64,000 nucleotides of DNA from Patescibacteria group bacterium (GCA_035457005.1 DATICB010000008.1:1013-65012), one strand, 5' to 3'; shown: positions 1 to 10,500, counted from the stretch's first letter. A program made the numbers and translations. The notes: generated by a model from the sequence alone, not told the origin.

Positions 1-25
1 TGGGCCATTTGAACAAGGAGTAAAA

Positions 26-805
26 TTGTTACAAAGATTTCAACGAGGCGTGGGCGGTGCTGCTGTCTCCTCGCTCTTAGGAGATGTAAAGGGAATTTTA
101 AAACTCTCTGATAGCTTAGTGACACTTAATAAATTTGCTTCACGAGATGCTCGTGCAGAACTATCTTTGGGTGGCGTACTGAGGGTTGCACGAAGACTTT
201 TTGTTATCGACAGATATGGAAGATTTTATGGTAAAAGAGGCATGATGAGTCGTCTTGTGCTGTTCCCTGCAGATTCACTGGGAGAATTAGCTGCAGATAG
301 ACGTATGCAAAGAGGAAATGTTGCAAAACTTGCAAAAACAGAAGCGATTCTTACCGCTCATTTTGCAGAGGACTCTCTTGAGGGAATGCACCAGAGAATG
401 GTTGCTCAAGAATTCATTGCAGCATACAACGCTCCTGCTCCACGACTTGAATTTTTTACAGAGTTGGGTTATGACAAGGTAAACGAGCTGACCCATGCAG
501 TTGAAGATGGCGCACAACATGTAGCTGAAAAAATACAGCATCCACTGCGACGTGGAGAAGCGACACAGAAAGTAAAAGAAACCAAACAAGGTGTTGTTGA
601 GCAGGCAGCAAGTGCCTATGGAGATACTCCAGTATCTGTTGCCAAACAAGTGGAAGCAATTCTAGAGCATGCAGATACTGTGCTTGCATCAGGAAATCTC
701 ACACCTATTGAAAGAGTAAGATGGACAATTGCAAAAGATTACGCAGAAAGGTTTAATAGATTGCAACAAGTAGCGCAAAAAGTGGGTTCTTCACAGGAAA
801 AATAG
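26..805 (+). CDS. hypothetical protein (possibly 5'-partial; frame open to window start)
   Basis: 259-aa ORF; TTG start at 26 preceded by AAGGAG at 14-19; no in-frame stop upstream so it may extend beyond window; no recognisable domain. Confidence 0.45.
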   Translation: MLQRFQRGVGGAAVSSLLGDVKGILKLSDSLVTLNKFASRDARAELSLGGVLRVARRLFVIDRYGRFYGKRGMMSRLVLFPADSLGELAADRRMQRGNVAKLAKTEAILTAHFAEDSLEGMHQRMVAQEFIAAYNAPAPRLEFFTELGYDKVNELTHAVEDGAQHVAEKIQHPLRRGEATQKVKETKQGVVEQAASAYGDTPVSVAKQVEAILEHADTVLASGNLTPIERVRWTIAKDYAERFNRLQQVAQKVGSSQEK

Positions 806-1154
806 TTGATGCGCATCTCGTATGCATTGCGTTCCTTGTGCTTTCAAAACATACTATTGCAATGTTATTCTCAGAAGGAGGTCAATTAAATATTATTCCT
901 TTAGCTGCTTATAGCAGTACTGACAATAGTATTGCAAGCCGCATCACTTTGGTGCGAGGAAGCGGAAATTGTGGACCAGGAACATGTGAACGGCTTTGCA
1001 GAAACGTTTGCCAGCGCAAACGTGGAATTGATGGCCATCTTATGGGATTTACTTTTGAGTGCCAACGATGTCAATTCAACTGCAATCATGGTAATCCCCC
1101 TTGTCCACAAAGATGAGGAAAAGAGTAGATAAGAATAAAATTTTTTGTTTAAAC

Positions 1155-1433
1155 CTATTCTTGCCATCGATACCCGTCTGCGCGCGCAACGACATTAATC
1201 CATTCTTTCTCAAGAGTCCCAACTTCCACCTCTCCTGTTTCCCCTCGAGAACTTCTCATGCGTGTAGTGTGCGTGAGACTATCTTCATCTCTGTATGTGT
1301 AGCGGGTCGTGCCGCTTTCTGTTAACTCGCTATGTCCAGGAACTATTCTACGCCCCCGAAAATAAATAGCTGCAGGAGTGACATCAGGAAAACGTTTTTG
1401 AGCGGATGGACTTAGAGTTATTCTTTCTGGCAT
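1155..1433 (-). CDS. hypothetical small protein (GC-rich ORF downstream of tRNA pair)
   Basis: 92-aa ORF, locally elevated GC, no SD, no recognisable motif. Confidence 0.25.
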   Translation of the reverse strand: MPERITLSPSAQKRFPDVTPAAIYFRGRRIVPGHSELTESGTTRYTYRDEDSLTHTTRMRSSRGETGEVEVGTLEKEWINVVARADGYRWQE

Positions 1434-1530
1434 GGCGAATATCTGTTTTGTTTACTCTAGCGCGGTTCTTACTTTTTGTCAACTGCTACTACTTTTGAAG
1501 TAGGAAAACTCATTTAATGAAAGTAAAGTG

Positions 1531-1602
1531 TGAGCCCGCCGGGATTCGAACCCGGGACCAAGAGCTTAAAAGGCTCCTGCTCTACCGCTGAGCTACGGAC
1601 CC
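1531..1602 (-). tRNA. tRNA-Lys (anticodon UUU)
   Basis: Reverse complement folds as cloverleaf: acceptor GGGTCCG/CGGGCTC, anticodon stem GGAGC/GCTCT with loop CTTTTAA, T-arm CCGGGTTCGAATCCCGG; no encoded CCA. Confidence 0.85.
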
Positions 1603-1681
1603 ATTCGTGAATTTCATTCACTCAGGGTAAACCCATTTTACTATATAGTCAAACAAGTTTACACTGAGCGAAGCGAATGTG

Positions 1682-1755
1682 TAGCGCGTAGGGGAGTCGA
1701 ACCCCTGATACCCTGGCTGAAAACCAAGTGTCCTAGGCCACTAGACGAACGCGCC
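1682..1755 (-). tRNA. tRNA-Glu (anticodon UUC)
   Basis: Reverse complement: acceptor GGCGCGT/ACGCGCT, anticodon stem CTTGG/CCAGG loop TTTTCAG (U33, anticodon TTC, A37), T-arm AGGGGTTCGACTCCCCT. Confidence 0.8.
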
Positions 1756-1799
1756 ACGTAGGTACAATTATACCGTAAATTTGTGCGCTTGCCAATTCC

Positions 1800-3740
1800 C
1801 TAGGCAATAAGCGAAAAAAGAAAAAATGGTATCAGCAGTAAGAATGCTAATTGTGCCTGTGGATTTTGAACAATAGTCAGGATTTTTGCTGAGAAAAAGT
1901 TAGCCAGCTGGGCTGGATGTGTAAGCAGCTCTTTTTTATTTGCGCTCGCAACAAGTTTGGCTGTGTTTGGATATATCCGGACGCTATCTCTTGACTGAGG
2001 ATTAGTAAGAACAAAGTCTGCAATGTATATTTTATTGTTTGTATTTGCAATTGGGCTAAATCCAAAAGGAAAATCAATATTTTTATTAAACTGGTCCAGG
2101 CTATATGTTGCAATAGTCAGTGGCTTTGTACTCCCCTTCTCAAAAAGACTAAATTGCAATGCTTGTGGTTGCACACTTCTTACTGGCGTATGACTCATTT
2201 GCAAAGAAAGCAAGCCACCAGTAGTTGGTAAATTGGTAAGCGCTATTTGCACATGAGAATTGTCTTTAAGTGAAATTGTTTGCTGACCAATAAGTTTTGG
2301 CATGGAAAAGGCTGACAAAGGAAGAGGCTTTTGAAAAGAGAAAAAGCTATAACTATCTTTTGATTGATATGCTGCAAAAATACCGAGAAGATACAGCGTT
2401 GTCATGCCAATGAAAATATATTTTGTAGGGAAAACACGTTGTGTTTTTTGCGGAATATTTTTTATCTTTGTCTCTTTTTTCCTAATAAAATACGGTCTTT
2501 CTAAAAAGAAAAAAAGAAATGATGCGACCAGAACGGTTACTAAAAACACAATAAAAACATATACAATGTCAGTAAAAATATTATTTGGCATGGCAAGGAG
2601 TGTAGCAACATGAATAGTAAGTGAATGACTCAGGTATATTGAATAGCTTACTGTGCCAATAAAAACAAGAGATTGTAGACTAAACAGTTTGGAAAAAAGT
2701 GTTTTTTTATCCAATAAAACTGCAACGAAAAAAGTGAGCGGGATGGCAAAAATCATACGAATCCATGGTGATATTGTTTGTCCTAAAAAAGACAAATCAT
2801 TTACTAATGCAACGGTGGCAAAAAATAAAACAAATGGAACAACGTTGTAAAATCCTTTAAATATTTTTGTTGAAAATATAGCAAAGATCGGCGTGTGATT
2901 TCTATACAAATATCCTAAGAAAACCCCTGTTGCAAAATAGAAAAAAAGCGCTGGTTGTATAAGACTTAATACAAAAATTTTATAAGAAAGTATGTGTATG
3001 CCCCCAAAAAAGAAAAATAGTGAAAAAAGAAAGAAAAGTTTGGTTAATAAAGATTTTCGTGCCAAAAATGTTGCTAAGGGAACAACAACTGTTGGATACA
3101 ATATATAAAAAAGAACTTCTGCCACTAGTGTCCAGTACACGCCGTCAAGCATCGGAATGTACTGACCAAGAGGCAGGGTAAGGGTTGCGTTAATTAAAAA
3201 AACAAATCCTTCATGTAGCATAAATGGGAGTGATGAAAAGGCGGCAAAAGACTCTTTATTAATCCAAAAAATATAGAAAAATCCTGCAAAAACTTGAATG
3301 AGTAGAAAGAAAAAGAAAAGCAATGTCCCATATATTTTGGGCAATTTTTTAATGACATACATCCAGAGAATATATGTGCACAAAGAAAATCCGACAAGAA
3401 TTTCCAAAAAAACAAAAGGAGATTTGGTTTGCGTTATTCTGCCAACAAACATGATTGCGCACATGGTAAGAAAAAGTGGAAAAATTCTTGTGTATCTTTT
3501 TTGTAAAAATGCAGTAGCACTTTTTGGATGTGCATAGAGTGTACTCATAAGAAATCCAGACAAAATAAAAAGAAACGTAACGCCCGTAACGCCATTGCTA
3601 AATATCCAACCAAAAAGCCATGAAGGGAGCAAAACTTGTATAAAACCAGTATTAATATGATTGAGAAAAACAAGAATAATGGCAAATCCTCTTAGTCCAT
3701 CAAGTGCGGTAAGTCGTTCGTGAAGTTGATCTTTTTCCAT
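1800..3740 (-). CDS. acyltransferase family 3 (OafA-like) integral membrane protein with C-terminal extracytoplasmic domain
   Basis: N-terminus LDGLRGFAIILVFLNH is the acyltransferase_3 signature; ~10 predicted TM helices; long C-terminal soluble region. Confidence 0.75.
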   Translation of the reverse strand: MEKDQLHERLTALDGLRGFAIILVFLNHINTGFIQVLLPSWLFGWIFSNGVTGVTFLFILSGFLMSTLYAHPKSATAFLQKRYTRIFPLFLTMCAIMFVGRITQTKSPFVFLEILVGFSLCTYILWMYVIKKLPKIYGTLLFFFFLLIQVFAGFFYIFWINKESFAAFSSLPFMLHEGFVFLINATLTLPLGQYIPMLDGVYWTLVAEVLFYILYPTVVVPLATFLARKSLLTKLFFLFSLFFFFGGIHILSYKIFVLSLIQPALFFYFATGVFLGYLYRNHTPIFAIFSTKIFKGFYNVVPFVLFFATVALVNDLSFLGQTISPWIRMIFAIPLTFFVAVLLDKKTLFSKLFSLQSLVFIGTVSYSIYLSHSLTIHVATLLAMPNNIFTDIVYVFIVFLVTVLVASFLFFFLERPYFIRKKETKIKNIPQKTQRVFPTKYIFIGMTTLYLLGIFAAYQSKDSYSFFSFQKPLPLSAFSMPKLIGQQTISLKDNSHVQIALTNLPTTGGLLSLQMSHTPVRSVQPQALQFSLFEKGSTKPLTIATYSLDQFNKNIDFPFGFSPIANTNNKIYIADFVLTNPQSRDSVRIYPNTAKLVASANKKELLTHPAQLANFFSAKILTIVQNPQAQLAFLLLIPFFLFSLIA

Positions 3741-3743
3741 AGA

Positions 3744-5348
3744 TTAGCGCGTTGTTGGCGTTTGAAAATATAATGACTCCCCTGCTTTTTCCCATTGATT
3801 TTTTGAAATTGTCGATAATTTGGATTTTTTAACCCAAAGACACGATGGATTTTTCAAATTATACAAACGAGTATATTCGTTTGCAATAAAATCAGGAAGC
3901 AAAAAATGTGGATCTTTTTGTTTAGGGCATGAGCCGTAATAAAAATCTGGTGGACTGGTCTTAAACATATATAATCTTGCATTGGTGTATTTTGTATATT
4001 CCGGCATACGGGATGTATACCAGGAATATTGATAGGGTGAATATCGCTTCGCAACGACATAAATCATATCCTCTGATCCGTCAAGAAATAATGTATCCCG
4101 AGGATTTGATAATGCCGCAACAACATTTCCCACCTGCAAAACATTACTGTAATTTGTGATAAATTCTGTCTGTTCATCAATTTTATCATGGGTGTATGAG
4201 CCGGGAGAAAAAGTGACAAAAGCAACAATCGCTGCAAATATACTGATTTCAACTGCAAAAAGAGCTTTGCTCCATAATTTTACTTGCCACACCAAAAATA
4301 CCGTTGCAAAGATAAATAAAGCATACCAGGGCAGAAGGTGAAAAGCAGCATAATACTCATCTCCGGGTTGAATAACACGCAAATTGGCAAGTCCCAAAAT
4401 TATCCATACAGCAGTAAGTATCTTTAACCGACTCTTATGTAAAAAGAAAATGTTGGACAAAAGAAACACTACGCTCAGCGCAATTTCTACATAACGAATA
4501 AAATTCCATTGGCCGTAAAAGAAAATAAAAAGTGGATATGCAAAACCTTGGATAAGTGTGTTGACGAATAGATTTTTTCCAGGCACAAAAAGTGTTGTGT
4601 TGACAGACCAAACGTTAAAGAAAAGTTCAGGCATATTATATGAAAGCACTGTACCAAGGGATAAAAAGATAAGCATTGCACCAGCGATAAATTTACTTTT
4701 CTTATCTTCCCTCCCCCAAACAATAAGAGTAGCTAAAAAGAGTGCGGCAAGAATATACGGCTCTCGCGTAAAAAAGACAAACCACAAACACAGGGAAACA
4801 AGAAAATAGTCAAGAGCAATAAGATGATTTTTTGTATATTTGTCAAAGACAAGTCCAAGCATGTACATAAGTGGATATACAATAAAAGCTTCTCCAAGAA
4901 ATCTGTCACCAAAGAAGTAAAATTTCGTCAGTTCATAGATAATGGCTATCGGTAATATGGCTATGCCAAAACGAAGCAGTAAAACAGACTCACAAACAAA
5001 TCCAAAAATAAGCAAAAATTGTCTATGACGAAGAATAAGGGCGAAAAGATTTTCAGGACGAGTTGTATTTTGAATAAATGAAGAAAGATGAGCCATGAAG
5101 GGCGCATGATTAAAAAAGATTTGGCTAAAAAGCATTTTTCCGTGAAGTAAAAAATATCCCCCTCCAAAATTAAAACAATCGTCAAAACAGCCAAATGCTG
5201 TAATACGGGGAATAAGAAGTTTGTATAAAAACCCATAAAAAATGAGCAATATGAGAATTGCTGCAAACCGAATGACAAAGTTTTTTGCAAACAAAAATTT
5301 TAGTTGGTGCACTTTATGATTACACCATAGTAATACGTTGGTTTGCAA
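3744..5348 (-). CDS. polytopic membrane protein, possible GT-C type glycosyltransferase
   Basis: 534 aa, many hydrophobic helices followed by C-terminal soluble domain; adjacent to acyltransferase and glycoside hydrolase. Confidence 0.5.
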   Translation of the reverse strand: MQTNVLLWCNHKVHQLKFLFAKNFVIRFAAILILLIFYGFLYKLLIPRITAFGCFDDCFNFGGGYFLLHGKMLFSQIFFNHAPFMAHLSSFIQNTTRPENLFALILRHRQFLLIFGFVCESVLLLRFGIAILPIAIIYELTKFYFFGDRFLGEAFIVYPLMYMLGLVFDKYTKNHLIALDYFLVSLCLWFVFFTREPYILAALFLATLIVWGREDKKSKFIAGAMLIFLSLGTVLSYNMPELFFNVWSVNTTLFVPGKNLFVNTLIQGFAYPLFIFFYGQWNFIRYVEIALSVVFLLSNIFFLHKSRLKILTAVWIILGLANLRVIQPGDEYYAAFHLLPWYALFIFATVFLVWQVKLWSKALFAVEISIFAAIVAFVTFSPGSYTHDKIDEQTEFITNYSNVLQVGNVVAALSNPRDTLFLDGSEDMIYVVAKRYSPYQYSWYTSRMPEYTKYTNARLYMFKTSPPDFYYGSCPKQKDPHFLLPDFIANEYTRLYNLKNPSCLWVKKSKLSTISKNQWEKAGESLYFQTPTTR

Positions 5349-5388
5349 GGATTTTTTATAGGAAATACTGTATACTTTATATATTCCT

Positions 5389-6540
5389 ATGAGACATACT
5401 TTTGCTATTTTTGTGCTACTGTGTTTATCGTTTTTCTTGTCCCCTTTTGCATATGCAATAGAAAATCCATTAGCGGTGAATAATAATAAAATTGGAATTC
5501 ATATTCTTTTTCCTGACGAAATCGATAAGGCGGCACAATTGATCAACAGTAATGGTGGAGACTGGGGGTATGTTGTTATACCAATCCAATCGGGAGATAA
5601 GGATATAAATAAATGGCAAGCCTTTTTTGATAAAGCAAAAAAATTACATGTGATACCCATTATTCGTCTGGCAACAGAGGGTGATTATTTTAATACGAAG
5701 GTTTGGCGTATCCCAACAGATGCCGATGTTTTGGATTTTGCCAATTTTCTCAATTCTCTTTCATGGCCAACAAAAAATCGCTATATTATTGTCTACAACG
5801 AAGTTAATCGAGGCGATGAATGGGGTGGTGTTCCAGATCCGAGTGCGTATGCGCAGATACTTTCTTATGCGTCAGATGTCTTTAAACAAAGGAGCCAAGA
5901 TTTTTTTATTATTTCAGCAGGTATGGACAATGCTGCGGCAACAACGCCAACTAGCATGAATGAATACCAATATTTGGCTGCAATGAACACTGCCGTCCCT
6001 GGTGTTTTTGACAAAATAGATGGTATTGGAAGTCATTCGTATCCAAACCCTGCATTTTCCCAGCCACCAACAGCTATATCGCCTATGGGGGTTGCAAGCT
6101 TTCAATTCGAAAAAAATCTTATTGAAGGACACGCGAAGGCTGACTTGCCTGTTTTTATTACCGAAACAGGATGGGATCAGCACGTTGTTGGTGAGCAAAC
6201 AGCCGGATCATACTTATCAACGGCTCTGCAGAATGTGTGGTCAAGAAATGACATTGTCGTTGTTGCTCCATTTCTACTTCAGGCGGGCGGTGGGCCTTTT
6301 GTTCAGTTTTCTTTTCTTGGGCCTGACGGAGCGCCAAATCTTGTCTCCAAAGCCCTTATGAGTATTCCTAAAGAAAAAGGTGCGCCAATTGCAAGCTTTT
6401 CCAGTACTGTTTTGGCAGCAGCTGTTACTACAAAATCTGTACCAGACAAAACATTTGAAAATTCTCAACAGAATTCCCTGACTACACTTGTCGCCTACGA
6501 CGTAAAGACAGTCCTCAAATGGCTTTTGCATTTGCAATAG
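5389..6540 (+). CDS. secreted TIM-barrel glycoside hydrolase (GH5-like)
   Basis: Signal peptide MRHTFAIFVLLCLSFFLSPFAYA; VYNEVN (acid/base NE motif) and FITETGWD (nucleophile TE motif) typical of clan GH-A family 5. Confidence 0.6.
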   Translation: MRHTFAIFVLLCLSFFLSPFAYAIENPLAVNNNKIGIHILFPDEIDKAAQLINSNGGDWGYVVIPIQSGDKDINKWQAFFDKAKKLHVIPIIRLATEGDYFNTKVWRIPTDADVLDFANFLNSLSWPTKNRYIIVYNEVNRGDEWGGVPDPSAYAQILSYASDVFKQRSQDFFIISAGMDNAAATTPTSMNEYQYLAAMNTAVPGVFDKIDGIGSHSYPNPAFSQPPTAISPMGVASFQFEKNLIEGHAKADLPVFITETGWDQHVVGEQTAGSYLSTALQNVWSRNDIVVVAPFLLQAGGGPFVQFSFLGPDGAPNLVSKALMSIPKEKGAPIASFSSTVLAAAVTTKSVPDKTFENSQQNSLTTLVAYDVKTVLKWLLHLQ

Positions 6541-6564
6541 TATGTTGCATGCACAAACTTCCTG

Positions 6565-7326
6565 TTGCATAATGCTCGTATGCTTACCCTAATTCATGGA
6601 GACGATACCACTGCGAGTAGGAATTATTTTTTCGAAGAAAAACAGCACTATCCCGATGCTTTGCGAATTGAGGGAAGTGCAATTTCTCCAACAGATCTCC
6701 AACAATATATGTCTGGACAAGATTTATTTGGTCAAACAAAAGCCATTTTTATTGATACACTGATTTCCAAAAGGAAATCTCCAAAAGAAATAGCCCAGCT
6801 TATTGAAGTTATCAATCTTTCACCAGATACGCCTATTTTTTTATGGGAAAGCAAAGAGTTGACAAAAAAGCAAATTGAACTATTTAAAAAAATAACAGTG
6901 AAGCTTTTTAAAATTCCCTCAACTATTTTTGCACTTTTAGATGCACTGAAGCCAAACAATGGCCAAGTTTTATTAGATCTTTTCCATAAAACGCTTCTTG
7001 ATAAGGATGCAGAGTTTGTTTTGGTGATGCTTGAAAGACAGATAAGAATTTTGCTAGCGATCTGTGGTGTCATTCCTGCGAAGGCAGGAATCCAAAAAGA
7101 AGATAAAGAACCTGGATCCCTGATCAAGTCAGGGATGACAATAAGTGAGGTATCGCGCCTTGCTACTTGGCAAAAAGGCAAGCTGGAAAAGCAGGCAACA
7201 CTATTTACTGCTCAACAACTGCTTCAATTACATAATGCTTTGTTCCATTTGGAAAAAAATATGAAAACAGGAAATCTTTCTCTGCCGCTTGATAAGTCCA
7301 TTGATTTACTTCTCCTTTCGCTATAA
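6565..7326 (+). CDS. holA: DNA polymerase III delta subunit-like protein (HolA-like) carrying an in-frame repeat-element insertion
   Basis: N-term LTLIHGDDTTASRNYF resembles delta LLLGNDxLL; C-terminal domain-III-like segment; 73-bp palindromic element at 7068-7140 read through in frame. Confidence 0.45.
   Translation: MHNARMLTLIHGDDTTASRNYFFEEKQHYPDALRIEGSAISPTDLQQYMSGQDLFGQTKAIFIDTLISKRKSPKEIAQLIEVINLSPDTPIFLWESKELTKKQIELFKKITVKLFKIPSTIFALLDALKPNNGQVLLDLFHKTLLDKDAEFVLVMLERQIRILLAICGVIPAKAGIQKEDKEPGSLIKSGMTISEVSRLATWQKGKLEKQATLFTAQQLLQLHNALFHLEKNMKTGNLSLPLDKSIDLLLLSL
7068..7140 (-). mobile_element. MITE-like palindromic element, type I (two hairpins, TGTCAT...ATGACA termini), inverted orientation, inside CDS
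   Basis: TGTCATTCCTGCGAAGGCAGGAATCC...CCTGGATCCCTGATCAAGTCAGGGATGACA; both hairpins identical (as reverse complement) to copy at 49155-49218. Confidence 0.8.
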
Positions 7327-7335
7327 ACTGACACC

Positions 7336-8217
7336 ATGTGGTTTTTCTTAGCACTGGGAAGTGCTCTTTTTTATTCTTTCCGGGGGATACTGGAAAAAAG
7401 AATTATTGGAAATGTTGATAAATACATTTTAGGCTTGGCAATTAGGCTTTTTGCAATTCCTTTCTTCTTTGTTCCTTTTTTGTGGAGTCCCAATTCTTTT
7501 ATTTCTCCGCTTCATCTGAGCTGGCAATTTTGGACTGTTGTAGCGATTATTTGTTGTATTACAACGCCCATTGAAACGATTTTGTATTATAAAGCACTTC
7601 AAACAGAAGAAGTAACATTAATTTTACCAATTCTTGCGCTTGGTCCGGCGCTCACTGTATTGTGGGGCTCGTTAACACTTCATGAAATTCCAAGTTTATT
7701 TGGCTTAGTAGGTGTTTTGTCTCTTGTTTTTGGTGTCTATGCGCTCAAAATTGGCCATGCCAAAGAAGGACTTTTAGAACCCATTCATCATTTGCGCAAT
7801 AATCCAGCAATTCGTCTTATGTTTGTGGTTATGCTTTCATCGTCTTTGAGTAGTGTATTGGATAAAGTAGGTGTTGTTCATTCCAATGCATACATGTATG
7901 GATTAATAAATTACTTGGCTGTATCAGTAGCACTTTTTGTTATTGCTTTGTATAAATCCAAACATCATCTTCGCCAACTTATTACTCACAAAACACCATT
8001 TTTGGTTATTGGTACAGTAATTGCAGCGTATACCCTTCTTAATTTCTTAGCACTCCAAACAGGATTTGCTGGATACGTTGGTGCAGTGAGGGCATCGTAT
8101 CTTCTTTTTACCATGATTATGGGAATACTTTTCTTAAAAGAAAAAGACGCCAAGCAAAAAATACTTTCGGGGATATTTATTGTCCTGGGTCTTATTTTAA
8201 TAAAGCTCTTTAGCTAA
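7336..8217 (+). CDS. EamA/DMT-family transporter
   Basis: 293 aa, ~10 TM helices in two repeated halves. Confidence 0.65.
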   Translation: MWFFLALGSALFYSFRGILEKRIIGNVDKYILGLAIRLFAIPFFFVPFLWSPNSFISPLHLSWQFWTVVAIICCITTPIETILYYKALQTEEVTLILPILALGPALTVLWGSLTLHEIPSLFGLVGVLSLVFGVYALKIGHAKEGLLEPIHHLRNNPAIRLMFVVMLSSSLSSVLDKVGVVHSNAYMYGLINYLAVSVALFVIALYKSKHHLRQLITHKTPFLVIGTVIAAYTLLNFLALQTGFAGYVGAVRASYLLFTMIMGILFLKEKDAKQKILSGIFIVLGLILIKLFS

Positions 8218-8975
8218 TTTGTTCTTTTGTGAACATTGTAGAAATAACGAAATACGTAGTCACCATTTTCCTCTTTCTCTGCATGGACGTTAATCAGCAA
8301 ATCCGCATGCTTGTGATGTGGGAAGGTATAAGGATAATATTGCGACTCTAATCGGAAGTCAAAACTTTCCCTAACTTCATCTGCAGTTTTGAGCGCATGT
8401 TTTTCTAAATCTCTCACTACTCTATTTTCACGTCTGACGTCTGTTGGTACATGGAAGTAAATTCGCAAATCGGGATTCTCTACTGGTTGAAAATCGCCTT
8501 CCACAAAAAGAAAATCAAGGTGTCCCGAAATACTGTGTGTATGGTTTTCTAAATCCATTGCTTTTCCTGTTGTCCTATCATATGAAGGCGCTTGAATTGT
8601 TTCCCCTGCTTTTATTTTTGCAAGCAGCGTATTTAAGTGTTGAAAATTTTTAAAATCCAATGGACTAGCACCAGAAGCAATTAGCTTGTCTCTTGTTGTG
8701 CGGTCAAGTAAATTAAAATCTTCTGTAGTGACAGAATCCGCTAATATATTTTTCTTTTTCAACTCATCTATAACATGTTTTACAAATGTTGATTTGCCAC
8801 TTCCCGGTCCACCCGTCACGCTAACAATAGTAGTATTTTTTTGTTTTACATCTATCAGTGTATCAACAAAAAAAGAAATAAAATCAGCATCACTTGAAAA
8901 ATTTTTAAACAAAGATGTTTCTTCTTGCAGAAATTCTTCGATAACTTTTTGGTCGCGCGATTGTGAATTTTGCAC
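8214..8975 (-). CDS. uridine kinase/phosphoribulokinase-family P-loop kinase
   Basis: Walker A VTGGPGSGKST; DLRIYFHVPTDVRRENRVVRD matches Udk/PRK family core. Confidence 0.6.
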   Translation of the reverse strand: MQNSQSRDQKVIEEFLQEETSLFKNFSSDADFISFFVDTLIDVKQKNTTIVSVTGGPGSGKSTFVKHVIDELKKKNILADSVTTEDFNLLDRTTRDKLIASGASPLDFKNFQHLNTLLAKIKAGETIQAPSYDRTTGKAMDLENHTHSISGHLDFLFVEGDFQPVENPDLRIYFHVPTDVRRENRVVRDLEKHALKTADEVRESFDFRLESQYYPYTFPHHKHADLLINVHAEKEENGDYVFRYFYNVHKRTN

Positions 8976-9091
8976 TGCCCTGAAATGATAGCTAATTCTT
9001 TTCAGGAATGCAATTTTTATTACCTGACAAAAACTGGACAGTTTGCCTAGATTTGTTGATTTTTGTTTTCTAATGTTTTAAGATATCTTTT

Positions 9092-10492
9092 ATGCCAGTT
9101 CTGGAAAAGACAATGTTTCGCGAATATGATCTTCGCGGTCGCGAATCGGATACCGAACTTAACGACACCTCCATGTACCACATTGGTAAAGGGTTTGCCA
9201 AATATCTTGTAGATCATGGCATTACCGAATGTGTTGTTGGCCATGATGCAAGAGGAACCTCCGAAGGCTTCCATAATCAAGTGGTGAAAGCAATGGTCGA
9301 GTCAGGAGTTAATGTCCATGATATTGGCACTGTTACTACCCCTTTATCGTACTGGGCTCAGTACTATTTGAAGGTAAAGGGACTTGTTTGTGTAACAGCA
9401 TCTCACAATCCGGTTGGTTGGAACGGGGTTAAGTTGGGAGACGATCTGTCTCATACTCTACTTACCAAAGAACTTCAGGAAGTCTATGACATTATTGTCA
9501 GAGAAGATTATGTAAAAACAGACAAAAAAGGTACAGTTACCAAGCACGAAGTTATTGCCCCATATATTAAAGATCTTCTCTCTAGATCAAAAATTACCAA
9601 AAAGTTTAAGATTTTAGTAAATACAGGTAACGGTACTGCAGGACCTATTTATACAAAAGCACTCAAAGAAGCAGGACAGGATATTGTTGAACATTTTACT
9701 AATGTTGATCCAGCATACCCCAACTACACACCAAACCCAGACGGTACAGCGATGATGGAAGATACAGGCAAACAAACCGTTGCAAATAAATGTGATTTTG
9801 GATTTGCATTTGATGGAGATGGCGACAGATTGGGTATGGTTGATGAAAAGGGTCAAATTGTTTGGCCAGATAGATACATTATTCTTTTGTCTCGCTTAGT
9901 ACTTTCCAAACACCCTGGTGCAAAAATAGTCTTTGATGTAAAAGTATCAGAAGCACTTCCTGAAGATATTGCAGCGCATGGTGGTGTACCAATTATGTGG
10001 AAGACTGGGCATTCATACATTAAAGCAAAACTAGCAGAAGAAAAGGCAGCAATGGCTGGAGAAATGTCTGGACACATTTTTTTTGTTGATGATTTTTATG
10101 GATTTGATGATGGACTTTTTGCTGCACTTAAGTTCTTGGAATACTTATCAACACAAGACAAGCCACTTTCTGAAATTGTTGCCGGGACGCCGTACTATGT
10201 GAGCACACCAACAATTCAGGTACAGGCTGGAGACGAGAAAAAATATATGGTTGTTGACGAGTTGACCAAAGAATTTAAAAAAGAAGGATACAAGGTGATT
10301 GATATTAACGGCGCGAGAGTCTATATGGATGGTGGATGGGGACTTGTGAGAGCATCTTCAAACACTCCAACACTTGTGTTGCGATTCGAAGCAAAGACAA
10401 AAGAACAATTGGATAAAATTATGGATGAATTTCATAAAAAATTAGATACGTATGACTTTGTGAGTAAAAATTGGGATTCTACAGGACACTAA
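9092..10492 (+). CDS. phosphomannomutase/phosphoglucomutase (alpha-D-phosphohexomutase)
   Basis: Active-site TASHNP, metal-binding FDGDGDR, 466 aa. Confidence 0.85.
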   Translation: MPVLEKTMFREYDLRGRESDTELNDTSMYHIGKGFAKYLVDHGITECVVGHDARGTSEGFHNQVVKAMVESGVNVHDIGTVTTPLSYWAQYYLKVKGLVCVTASHNPVGWNGVKLGDDLSHTLLTKELQEVYDIIVREDYVKTDKKGTVTKHEVIAPYIKDLLSRSKITKKFKILVNTGNGTAGPIYTKALKEAGQDIVEHFTNVDPAYPNYTPNPDGTAMMEDTGKQTVANKCDFGFAFDGDGDRLGMVDEKGQIVWPDRYIILLSRLVLSKHPGAKIVFDVKVSEALPEDIAAHGGVPIMWKTGHSYIKAKLAEEKAAMAGEMSGHIFFVDDFYGFDDGLFAALKFLEYLSTQDKPLSEIVAGTPYYVSTPTIQVQAGDEKKYMVVDELTKEFKKEGYKVIDINGARVYMDGGWGLVRASSNTPTLVLRFEAKTKEQLDKIMDEFHKKLDTYDFVSKNWDSTGH

Positions 10493-10500
10493 TAACACAC

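Noticed and set aside
287-689. ORFs 287-649 (-) and 456-689 (-) inside the first gene
   Set aside because: Antisense ORFs fully embedded in a longer ORF. Their low-complexity composition is typical of shadow ORFs. The same reasoning was applied to the many other embedded antisense or out-of-frame ORFs in the track (for example 1877-2113, 3854-4060, 12830-13042, 22019-22558, 40427-40905, 48097-48615 and 55434-55887).
838-1132. Cys-rich ORF 838-1116 (+) and overlapping ORFs 901-1167 (-) and 932-1132 (+)
   Set aside because: Three mutually overlapping ORFs in a short intergenic stretch with no start context or conservation cues, so none can be preferred. The Cys spacing is not a recognisable zinc-ribbon pattern.
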